DNA of 41,713 bases from a virus (lineage: Duplodnaviria > Heunggongvirae > Uroviricota > Caudoviricetes). The notes beneath the pieces are model-generated. The model saw nothing but the letters and a program-made list of their open reading frames with translations. It was not told where the DNA came from and made no database searches. The stretch's first letter is position 1. Every line of letters starts with the position of its first letter. Below are positions 19,810 to 27,190 of this stretch, in pieces. The stretch covers positions 1-41,713 of the IMG/VR virus record IMGVR_UViG_2778261064_000003; one strand, written 5' to 3'. Position numbers and translations under genes: made by a program.

Positions 19810-20564
19810 TTCGGCCCCGCAGACATTTTGTGACGGCTTGATTTGCTGTAACGGGCAAAGCCGTCAAGGGTTCGCACGCCGAGATAGCCCAGCGCCGGGG
19901 TAAGCAACATCAGCGTGATATCCCAGTCCGGTGACGGCATATGCAGCGTGATACCTCTGGCACCGGCAATGGCTCCGGCAATCTGGCCGCAGGAGAGCAA
20001 CAGCACATAGGCCAGACCGCTGTAACAGGAAAGGCGGGCCAGCAGCGGGCGCGTCTGGCGCACATAGCTGTCCGTGGCATTGTCACCATTGCGGATGGTT
20101 TCCTGCTGTTCGTGGTGTGCGGCCTGCTGGTCAGCCAGCACCAGCTTCTGCCGCTCCACCTCCAGTTGTTGCAGCTGAATTTTCAGGGTTTCCAGTTGTA
20201 TCTGTTGTTCCGGTGGTAACATCGCCATCTTCTGTTCCAGAACGCGCTGCTGTTCAGCCACCGGCAGGCTTTCCCGGACGCTTTCCACCATACCGGCCAC
20301 CGAGTCAGCGGCGGCAGATGTACCGCCACCAAACCAGCGCCCGACGGAACGAATCAGCCCCGGCCCGGCTTTCAGCAGAACGGAGGCGATGCCTGAAAGG
20401 GTTAACGGATCCACGGGAAACCTCCATACAGATAACGCTGAAGACAGAGCAGAGCGCCGCAACCGCCACCACACAGCCAGAACACCGGGTGTGCCGGTGA
20501 CATCATCATCAGCGTGCTGAAGACGCAGCAGAAATATCCCAGCGCCCAGACCACCCATGACCAC
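19806..20564 (-). CDS. Membrane protein with Gln-rich coiled coil and C-terminal transmembrane segments (start uncertain, possibly GTG 20414)
   Basis: ORF-track frame is 252 aa but overlaps the upstream gene by about 160 nt, so the true start is probably internal. Confidence 0.5.
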   Translation of the reverse strand: MVMGGLGAGIFLLRLQHADDDVTGTPGVLAVWWRLRRSALSSALSVWRFPVDPLTLSGIASVLLKAGPGLIRSVGRWFGGGTSAAADSVAGMVESVRESLPVAEQQRVLEQKMAMLPPEQQIQLETLKIQLQQLEVERQKLVLADQQAAHHEQQETIRNGDNATDSYVRQTRPLLARLSCYSGLAYVLLLSCGQIAGAIAGARGITLHMPSPDWDITLMLLTPALGYLGVRTLDGFARYSKSSRHKMSAGPK

Positions 20565-20923
20565 ACGATGATGTGGCGACCAAAAGCCCGGTAACGGACC
20601 TCAGGCAGCAGGCGAAATGGCACATTCCCGAGGCTTGCGCTGTATGAAAACAACACCACCCCGGCAAAGGACAACAACATCAGCACGAACGATCGCCAGC
20701 CACATAACATGCTGATGATGAACATACAGAGCGTCAGTCCGGCCAGCGGCCATGGGGTTCTCATCAGTCGGGAACAAATCAGCCAGTCACATAGTTTTAA
20801 AATTTTGTTCATAACCTTTTTCCACATTGAATTTTTCCCTGTACTTCTGGCACTGCCAGAAAATGTCCCGTGTATCCACGGAGTTCCAGCCACGCATGTA
20901 GTAGCTGGCGTGTGTGCCGTCAT
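20402..20923 (-). CDS. Polytopic membrane protein (candidate holin-like protein; start probably internal Met near 20827 or 20812)
   Basis: Several hydrophobic helices (LAGLTLCMFIISML, FVLMLLSFAGVVLF, IIVWSWVVWALGYFCCVF). Confidence 0.5.
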   Translation of the reverse strand: MTAHTPATTCVAGTPWIHGTFSGSARSTGKNSMWKKVMNKILKLCDWLICSRLMRTPWPLAGLTLCMFIISMLCGWRSFVLMLLSFAGVVLFSYSASLGNVPFRLLPEVRYRAFGRHIIVWSWVVWALGYFCCVFSTLMMMSPAHPVFWLCGGGCGALLCLQRYLYGGFPWIR

Positions 20924-21038
20924 GGCCGGTATAGTCCAGCGGTTTCGGGGGCGGACCTCCGGCCATACGGTGCAGAACCTCCTGACGCAGGCGGTCGCGC
21001 CGCCCGGCTTTCAGAGAGGCATCCCAGCCTTTGCCCAT
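20787..21038 (-). CDS. Hypothetical protein
   Basis: 83-aa ORF starting 2 nt after the lysin stop. Confidence 0.35.
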   Translation of the reverse strand: MGKGWDASLKAGRRDRLRQEVLHRMAGGPPPKPLDYTGHDGTHASYYMRGWNSVDTRDIFWQCQKYREKFNVEKGYEQNFKTM

Positions 21039-21039
21039 A

Positions 21040-21636
21040 TCACCCCCGCGTGGCGGACATGATGCCCAGAGGGGTATCGATGATTTCCAGACAGGCGTCG
21101 GTCAGCTTTTCCATGCGGTTAAACCAGCCGTTCAGGTATTTGCCCTGGGCGGGTTTGGATTTGATGATGTCGGCATAAAAGCGGGAACGACGGACAATGC
21201 AGCGGGCCAGCAGCCAGTCAGGGGTGGACTGGCTCACGGCCTTACGGGTACGGGGGCCGATGATGCTGTCAGCATCCACATCAGCGGCTTCCTGCAAAAT
21301 CCTGATGGCTTTTTTAACGCCATGCTGAACCGCCGCATCGAACACAAACATCGCCACGCCATCAGGCCACTGGTCACATCCGGCAGGCAGCCAGTAATCG
21401 CGCCAGTAAATCTGCGCAACCTGTTCGCGGGTTAAATCCCTGATGCGGGTATCCGGTTTGCCGTCGCCGTTGACATCGGTTTGGCCGTCAATCACACCGT
21501 CGCGGCGGTCAGAAATGCCGTATTTGGTTTCGCCGCCACGGTCAGTGGGGTCATTGACATAGACGCCTTCGATATCGGGACGCAGAATGAAATTCAGCGC
21601 ATGTTCAAAAGCCGGGGAGAATTTTTGATTTACCAT
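21040..21636 (-). CDS. Peptidoglycan hydrolase (GH108-like N-terminal domain with peptidoglycan-binding C-terminal region)
   Basis: 198 aa; I recognise the sequence pattern as the GH108 / PG-binding lysin family, and it sits at the lys position downstream of the Mor/C-like activator. Confidence 0.65.
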   Translation of the reverse strand: MVNQKFSPAFEHALNFILRPDIEGVYVNDPTDRGGETKYGISDRRDGVIDGQTDVNGDGKPDTRIRDLTREQVAQIYWRDYWLPAGCDQWPDGVAMFVFDAAVQHGVKKAIRILQEAADVDADSIIGPRTRKAVSQSTPDWLLARCIVRRSRFYADIIKSKPAQGKYLNGWFNRMEKLTDACLEIIDTPLGIMSATRG

Positions 21637-21640
21637 AAAA

Positions 21641-21681
21641 GCACCATGAAGCAGATTTAAACGTGGTCTGCTTCATGGTGC
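21641..21681. promoter_or_regulatory. 15-bp perfect inverted repeat GCACCATGAAGCAGA-N11-TCTGCTTCATGGTGC immediately upstream of the lysin start
   Basis: Seen directly; ends 5 nt before the lysin start codon. Confidence 0.5.
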
Positions 21682-21690
21682 CGGAGGCAT

Positions 21691-21714
21691 AAAAAAAGCC
21701 GGATTTACCGGCTT
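21691..21714 (-). terminator. Rho-independent terminator-like hairpin, second copy of the element at 13957..13980
   Basis: Seen directly: identical 24-nt sequence AAAAAAAGCCGGATTTACCGGCTT (plus strand), with about 35 nt near-identical including flanks. Confidence 0.6.
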
Positions 21715-21720
21715 CATTGA

Positions 21721-22170
21721 TTAAGGGCGTCGTGGCGGACGACGAACGGGGTGAGGCAGGTTCGGGGAGTGGTAAAACAAATCCGGCTGGTATTTATTAC
21801 GCTCCAGACGCCGCATCCGTTTGATGGCCTTGTAGACGGTTTTATACGTCACTCCGTAACGCTGAACCAGTTCAGGAATATTATGGCCGTTAAAATCACG
21901 CCAGATACGCATATCCCGGACAAGATTCTCCAGAATATTCCCCCTCGGAACATAAACCTGCATCCCGCCGATATGGCGACAAATCGCCACAACCAGCTCA
22001 AGGGAATGGGCAGGGTCTGCGCCAATCCGGGCCAGCTCTTTACGCAGCAGTGCGTTCAGTTCAGAAAGTAACGCCGGATAAGCGGTGTTTTCCTGGTAAT
22101 CATGAAGGTATTCCAGAACGCTGTCGTCCCGAAGGTCTTCGAATAAATCCTGCTCTTTCATCTGTTTCAT
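21721..22170 (-). CDS. Mor/C-family transcriptional activator
   Basis: 149-aa ORF just upstream of the lysin gene; size and C-terminal basic helix-turn-helix-like region as in Mu Mor/C. Confidence 0.6.
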   Translation of the reverse strand: MKQMKEQDLFEDLRDDSVLEYLHDYQENTAYPALLSELNALLRKELARIGADPAHSLELVVAICRHIGGMQVYVPRGNILENLVRDMRIWRDFNGHNIPELVQRYGVTYKTVYKAIKRMRRLERNKYQPDLFYHSPNLPHPVRRPPRRP

Positions 22171-22718
22171 ACAGCAATTCTCCCGCTGTTTCGTGCGCGG
22201 GCATATGCACTGGTCAGTGCATCATATCCGCGTAGTTCCCGCCCGGATGGGCTTGCAGGTAACGGCACACCATGTCGGGCAAAGGCTTCCCGGATGCAGC
22301 GCATGTGCCACTGCTTGAGCGTTTTGAGCACAATCTGTAACGATTCCCCGTGACACCAGGCCAGCGTGGAAACACCCTGACCGCCATTACGTCTGGCCGT
22401 CAGGCGTGCAACGTATTTGTCCAGCGCGACATCGCTGCCATCAGCGACAAAGCCATCCTGAAACATCTGCTGCCAGATTTTGTAAATCTTCTCGCGTGGT
22501 GTGACATGCCCCTTAAAGCGACGGCGGGGATGTTTTTTCTGCTTCTTAAAACCGCGCTCTTTCATGGCATCGAGCACCAGTTCCAGTTGTGCGACGGTCA
22601 GCTCGCGGCAACTGGTCTTGCCTGTGCACTGCACCAGAAAGGCGCGGTAAGTGTCATCGTCGAGTTGTAGATCACGACGGGCGACATGAATTAATTTAAT
22701 CAGGGATGTGCGATTCAT
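22167..22718 (-). CDS. GemA-like early protein (Mu gp16, DUF1018-like)
   Basis: Position immediately upstream of the Mor-like gene; start set at MNRTSLIKL (ATG 22718) with a GGAGGT RBS. Confidence 0.5.
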   Translation of the reverse strand: MNRTSLIKLIHVARRDLQLDDDTYRAFLVQCTGKTSCRELTVAQLELVLDAMKERGFKKQKKHPRRRFKGHVTPREKIYKIWQQMFQDGFVADGSDVALDKYVARLTARRNGGQGVSTLAWCHGESLQIVLKTLKQWHMRCIREAFARHGVPLPASPSGRELRGYDALTSAYARARNSGRIAV

Positions 22719-22791
22719 TATCGTACCTCCGGAAAAGGGGGCGGTGCGGCAACACCGCCAGAATCCACTCACTAAACAGAGGAAGCTTTTT

Positions 22792-23058
22792 ATGAAAAAC
22801 AGTGAACAACCTTATGATGTTGCAGGGTATACCATTGCCTCAAGGTTGCTGATACTCCTTGTCAGAAAGGGGCTGATTACCGCAGAGGAAGGAAAAACAA
22901 TCCTCAAATCCGCTGCAGTCGTAGCTGCAGAGGCTCCGGTATTGAGAACAACGAATGATTCCGCCCTGCAAATATCGCAGCTAATCACTGAAACCATCAG
23001 TTTGTTAGACCAAGATCCTGATGAATATCAAAAGCCTCAGCCATCTGAGCATCCGTAA
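22792..23058 (+). CDS. Hypothetical 88-aa protein encoded on the opposite strand within the early region
   Basis: ATG at 22792 preceded by GAGGAAG RBS; convergently overlaps minus-strand ORF 22997..23311 by 62 nt. Confidence 0.45.
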   Translation: MKNSEQPYDVAGYTIASRLLILLVRKGLITAEEGKTILKSAAVVAAEAPVLRTTNDSALQISQLITETISLLDQDPDEYQKPQPSEHP

Positions 23059-23311
23059 GAATATCTTTATTTGATAGCCCCAGCCTGCGACGAATGTATT
23101 CCTCGCGGGCTGCTTCATTTTGTAGCGCCACGGCAGCTTCCACCTGGTTCATTTCACGGTTAATAATGCTCCGGACTTCTCTGGCGGTGAGGTCATGCTC
23201 AATACCATATTTAACGATATCGTGCATACGTTCCAGCATCTTTAAATTAGCCATGACGCCATCAATATCAACTGGTGTGAATTTCATTTCTTTATCTTCA
23301 TGTTTATTCAT
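22997..23311 (-). CDS. Hypothetical protein
   Basis: 104-aa ORF in the early-region gene string. Confidence 0.45.
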   Translation of the reverse strand: MNKHEDKEMKFTPVDIDGVMANLKMLERMHDIVKYGIEHDLTAREVRSIINREMNQVEAAVALQNEAAREEYIRRRLGLSNKDILTDAQMAEAFDIHQDLGLTN

Positions 23312-23486
23312 TTCTTAATACCTCTTCGCAATAAAAGATTTCACTGGGATAACGTTTTTGTATGCGCTCCATCACCTGCATACATGCCTGTTCTGTGGGC
23401 CAGATTTTTTCCGTTACCGGAATGGCATCGCAGGCATCATTCCCGCAGGTGCCAACCAGCAGGACAAAGCCAGTTGACTTAATCAT
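23304..23486 (-). CDS. Hypothetical small protein (possible lipoprotein-like N-terminus)
   Basis: About 60 aa from MIKSTGFVLLVGTC...; start overlaps the upstream stop by 8 nt. Confidence 0.4.
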   Translation of the reverse strand: MIKSTGFVLLVGTCGNDACDAIPVTEKIWPTEQACMQVMERIQKRYPSEIFYCEEVLRNE

Positions 23487-24021
23487 GTTCACTGACTTCC
23501 TGTGTTGCTGCCGGAGCTGGTGAATAATCAAGAATGAGATAGCGCATGACGTGGCCGGTGATATTCCAGCCACTGGAACCACAAATAAAACGTCCCAGCC
23601 GGATATCGATATACGCCATCACAAAACGGGGCATCCCCTGTTTGCACATCTCGTCATCCACTTCAGCAACGATGTAAACCGACTCGCAGGTCAGTACGCC
23701 TGTCGCAAATTCTTTTACCAGTGCCGGAATGGCATTGCCTTCCAGCCAGGGCAAAGAGCGGCGGAACGCGCACCATTGAGCATCATCAACATCGGGGTGC
23801 TCCGTTGTTGCGTTTCGTATTACTGGCGGCGTCGGACGAGGGCGCGGAACGTCATAAAATCCGTTGCATTCAGTGAGAACTCCGGCATCAACCGCATCAC
23901 GCAGGAAATACACCATTGAGGAAGGTGGCATCTTCATTTTTTCAGCCAGAACGCCACAGGTCAGACGGCCGTAAACCTGTAATAATGTGCTGACGCCGCT
24001 CAGAACTTTTGCATTAATCAT
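23479..24021 (-). CDS. Hypothetical protein
   Basis: 180-aa ORF downstream of gam. Confidence 0.5.
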   Translation of the reverse strand: MINAKVLSGVSTLLQVYGRLTCGVLAEKMKMPPSSMVYFLRDAVDAGVLTECNGFYDVPRPRPTPPVIRNATTEHPDVDDAQWCAFRRSLPWLEGNAIPALVKEFATGVLTCESVYIVAEVDDEMCKQGMPRFVMAYIDIRLGRFICGSSGWNITGHVMRYLILDYSPAPAATQEVSEHD

Positions 24022-24119
24022 TTTTTATTTCCCGTATATCAGATTCAGGCGCGAGCAATCCCCTGACGCATCGCGCCATAATTAAAAGAAAGTGAACTAA
24101 TTAAATATTTGTGGTGGTA

Positions 24120-24644
24120 TTAAATACCGGCTTCCTGCTCAAATGGAATAATAGAAAAATCCTCAATGCCTGATTTAACTGTAATTCCGGCAACACCTGC
24201 GACCGCTTTCGGTTCCAGTAAAATCGCTTCCTTGTTGATTTCCTGTTTCGTGCGAATAAAGCGTTGCAGGCCAAGACGCTCCAGCGTTTCCATCACCGCA
24301 TCCACACCGCGAATACTTACTGATGGTGGGCGCTGACGCCATGACACATCGCCGGTTACCAGGTTGGCCGTCTTCACCTTGCCGCCGTTCGTCAGTTCGT
24401 CACGGTTCGCTTCACACCACCCCTGAACGCCTTTTGAAAGGGTTTCAATACGGGTTTTAAGCGGCGCAATCCGTGAGGCGTATTTCTCCGTAATTTCAGC
24501 AATAGCGTCATTCATTTCCGTTTCAAGTCGTACCGCTTCGCGTTGCAGGTCACCAATCCAGCGAATATCACACACCACGGCATCCCGGGATTGAGGAACA
24601 TAAGCTGCTGCGGCATTCCTGATTCGTTTTGCTGGTTTAGCCAT
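24120..24644 (-). CDS. gam: Host-nuclease inhibitor protein Gam (Mu Gam-like, DNA-end binding)
   Basis: 174-aa translation (MAKPAKRIRNAAAAYVPQSRDAV...GVDAVMETLERLGLQRFIRTKQEINKEAILLEPKAV...) closely matches my recollection of Mu Gam. Confidence 0.85.
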   Translation of the reverse strand: MAKPAKRIRNAAAAYVPQSRDAVVCDIRWIGDLQREAVRLETEMNDAIAEITEKYASRIAPLKTRIETLSKGVQGWCEANRDELTNGGKVKTANLVTGDVSWRQRPPSVSIRGVDAVMETLERLGLQRFIRTKQEINKEAILLEPKAVAGVAGITVKSGIEDFSIIPFEQEAGI

Positions 24645-24664
24645 ATAAATAAAGCTCCTGTTAA

Positions 24665-24952
24665 TTAATATTCGCTGTATACAATGCTGGATACAGCACG
24701 ATTGCTTAATTCCATCTTTTGGGCTATCACATGAATAGCCAACCCTTCTTTATAAAGTTCACGACACAAATATTTGTCGCGCTCACTGATTTTGTATACA
24801 CACAACGATATTCCGTACCTTCTGGCATGCGCACGCAGGGCGCTTGTGGCAACATTCAGTTTTTTCGCCATTTCTTCAACAGTCATTTTCCCGACACTGG
24901 CTTCGATAAATTCTCGGTCTTCACGTGACCATCTTTTGCGAGGGGTTATCAT
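24665..24952 (-). CDS. Hypothetical helix-turn-helix protein
   Basis: 95 aa with two HTH-like segments. Confidence 0.5.
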   Translation of the reverse strand: MITPRKRWSREDREFIEASVGKMTVEEMAKKLNVATSALRAHARRYGISLCVYKISERDKYLCRELYKEGLAIHVIAQKMELSNRAVSSIVYSEY

Positions 24953-24968
24953 GATGATGCCCTCCTTA

Positions 24969-25388
24969 TCAGTGCACCGGGAGTTCGAATCGTGCCGACA
25001 GCATATGCCGCACAGATAACTGAACCGCTTTCAGGGCAAGGGAAGAATACGTCCCCTGCGTCCAGCCTTTCGCCATTTGCCGGTAATCGCGCCAGATGTT
25101 CTTCCACTGCTCCCGTGCGTCCGGGTCTGACACGCTGATGTATTCGCGGTCCATGACGTATTCCCATAAATCCACATTGAAGGCATTGCCAAACGTAATG
25201 GCGCGGAATATCGCTTCCCCGCAATAACGCGCACAAATGCTGTAATGGTCGAATGCAATCAGGTAAGTCTTTTCGCCATATCCCTCAACTTCGCGCGCGC
25301 AAATAAATTCGCGCAAGTCTCCACCATTGCTATTACGCTCTTTAATCCGAATTAATGCCTGAATTTCGTTTCTGATTTTGGCGTTCAT
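24969..25388 (-). CDS. Hypothetical protein
   Basis: 139-aa ORF in the early region. Confidence 0.5.
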   Translation of the reverse strand: MNAKIRNEIQALIRIKERNSNGGDLREFICAREVEGYGEKTYLIAFDHYSICARYCGEAIFRAITFGNAFNVDLWEYVMDREYISVSDPDAREQWKNIWRDYRQMAKGWTQGTYSSLALKAVQLSVRHMLSARFELPVH

Positions 25389-25408
25389 TGTCAGCGTTCC
25401 TTTATGAA

Positions 25409-25678
25409 TTAATGTCTGGCAGCACCTGGATCAAACGGGAACAACTCACCTTTTGCATTCAGTCCTTTGGCTCGTGCTGATTTCAGTAGCTCTCTGGATG
25501 CCTTTTCAATGATTTCCGGTCCCATGCTCTCAACAATGCACGCAAGCGCGTCATGCGGTCCGGTGTTTTCCTCCGGGGAAAGTTCAACCGCCCGCACGGT
25601 CATGCTTATGCATGAAGCATCTTTTCCCTGATATTCCATACTTTCCGGGCTGTTAAATTCAAAGATCACTTTTGCCAT
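25409..25678 (-). CDS. Hypothetical mildly acidic protein
   Basis: 89-aa ORF, Glu-rich. Confidence 0.45.
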   Translation of the reverse strand: MAKVIFEFNSPESMEYQGKDASCISMTVRAVELSPEENTGPHDALACIVESMGPEIIEKASRELLKSARAKGLNAKGELFPFDPGAARH

Positions 25679-25689
25679 TTTGTTTCTCC

Positions 25690-25944
25690 TTATTGATTCT
25701 GAATAACTGCGCTGACCTTTATTTTCGCGCCTTCTACCTGTTTAAAGAAAACACCACTACACCACGGACAACATGTGAAGGAGTCCCATACTTCATTTTC
25801 GGGGGAACTTTGCGTCATAAGTTGTTTGCCACATCCTGGGCATTTATATGTCGTCAAAGGCACTCCGTGGCGCTGACAATGTTTAACCCACTCAATATAT
25901 TTTCCAGACCTGATACTCATCGTTATCTCCAGATAATCTGACAA
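25690..25944 (-). CDS. Hypothetical zinc-ribbon protein
   Basis: CPGCG...CCPWCSG cysteine pairs. Confidence 0.5.
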   Translation of the reverse strand: MSDYLEITMSIRSGKYIEWVKHCQRHGVPLTTYKCPGCGKQLMTQSSPENEVWDSFTCCPWCSGVFFKQVEGAKIKVSAVIQNQ

Positions 25945-26150
25945 CCATTAAGACGGGCCGTCCATACTGAACGGGCAACCCCGGATTTATGCTCCATAAT
26001 CCTGACAGCGTTTCTGACCAGCTCTGGTGGCGGGCAGGTGATTTCAAGCACCGGGCGGGCCACGCCCAGCCATGATTCGTTGACGTGGCTGCCGCGCTCC
26101 TGTAACCAGGTCTTTACTTCCGTTGCCATTTTGATATTCCGTGACATCAT
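25923..26150 (-). CDS. Hypothetical protein at the Mu kil position
   Basis: 75-aa ORF immediately downstream of B; positional inference only. Confidence 0.4.
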   Translation of the reverse strand: MMSRNIKMATEVKTWLQERGSHVNESWLGVARPVLEITCPPPELVRNAVRIMEHKSGVARSVWTARLNGCQIIWR

Positions 26151-26162
26151 GGTTTATGCCCC

Positions 26163-27116
26163 TTACTGCCAGTTCAGCAACTTAGGGTTGCTGTAAGCCT
26201 CCTTAAAAGCCGCTTTTATGTGACTTTTATTCAGGGATGAACCAGCACCTTTCGCCGCCAGCCACGCATGATTCAGTGTGTGAGTTAATACACGCAATCC
26301 CCCGGGCTTTTCGGCAACCCTCATCAGCAGATCCAGCTCATCTTCCTGTGTTACTCCCCATGCTTTGGCTACAGCCATCACATCAGTCTTTTTCACTTTG
26401 CGCAGTTGTTTTGTCATGGCAAAACGGCTGAACAGACGAGCCAGTTCATCAGTCCCACGACGGGTGGCATCCGCCATCTGTTTCGGGTTGCCAATTAAAA
26501 CCATCCCCACGCCAGTAGCATCCTGAATGGCGCGTAATTGCTCCAGACCATCCACACTTAAGTGGTCAGCTTCATCAATAATCAGCAGGGGGTTAACACG
26601 ACCACTGGTTTCTTTACCACCGCCCAGTTTTCTGCGAATGGCGCGGGTTATATTCCCCTTATTTCTTCCCGGATTATTAATTTCCAGCGCATATGCTATT
26701 TCAAGGAGGCATTCAGTTACGCTCGAATGTGCCGGAGCAAGCGTCACCATCCAGGCATTAGCTGTCTTGCGACAATATTCCCGTGCAGCAAAAGTTTTGC
26801 CGACACCCGGTACGCCAACAACAACACTGATAATCCCGAGTGAGCGCACTGTTTTAAACAGCTCATGCAAATCACAAAATGTCTGGGTCTTCACAACACC
26901 AGGGGCACCTGACAAATTCTGTCCCTTAAGCCAGACCTGATACCATTTCTGCAATTTGTCATGCATACCTTCGACATTACCTTTGTACTCTCCTTTACGC
27001 AGAGCCGAGAGTGTTGCCGGAGACATTCCTGCTTCATCAGCAATATCTTCCTGGGACTTGTCGCCCTCGTTAATCAACGTGTTAATAGTGTTGAAAACAT
27101 CATCAATATCAGTCAT
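26163..27116 (-). CDS. DNA transposition ATPase (MuB-like target DNA activator)
   Basis: 317 aa with Walker A motif GVPGVGKT; directly downstream of the transposase. Confidence 0.85.
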   Translation of the reverse strand: MTDIDDVFNTINTLINEGDKSQEDIADEAGMSPATLSALRKGEYKGNVEGMHDKLQKWYQVWLKGQNLSGAPGVVKTQTFCDLHELFKTVRSLGIISVVVGVPGVGKTFAAREYCRKTANAWMVTLAPAHSSVTECLLEIAYALEINNPGRNKGNITRAIRRKLGGGKETSGRVNPLLIIDEADHLSVDGLEQLRAIQDATGVGMVLIGNPKQMADATRRGTDELARLFSRFAMTKQLRKVKKTDVMAVAKAWGVTQEDELDLLMRVAEKPGGLRVLTHTLNHAWLAAKGAGSSLNKSHIKAAFKEAYSNPKLLNWQ

Positions 27117-27160
27117 AGTATTTCCTCCATCATTACAGATTTACTTTGTTTCCTTGTTTA

Positions 27161-27188
27161 ACAGTCCGTTACAGCGGACTGTTTTTTT
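27161..27188 (+). terminator. Terminator-like hairpin ACAGTCCG-TTACAG-CGGACTGT followed by a T7 run (plus-strand sense) in the A-B intergenic region
   Basis: Seen directly; the U-tract is on the plus strand, antisense to A and B. Confidence 0.4.
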
Positions 27189-27190
27189 AT

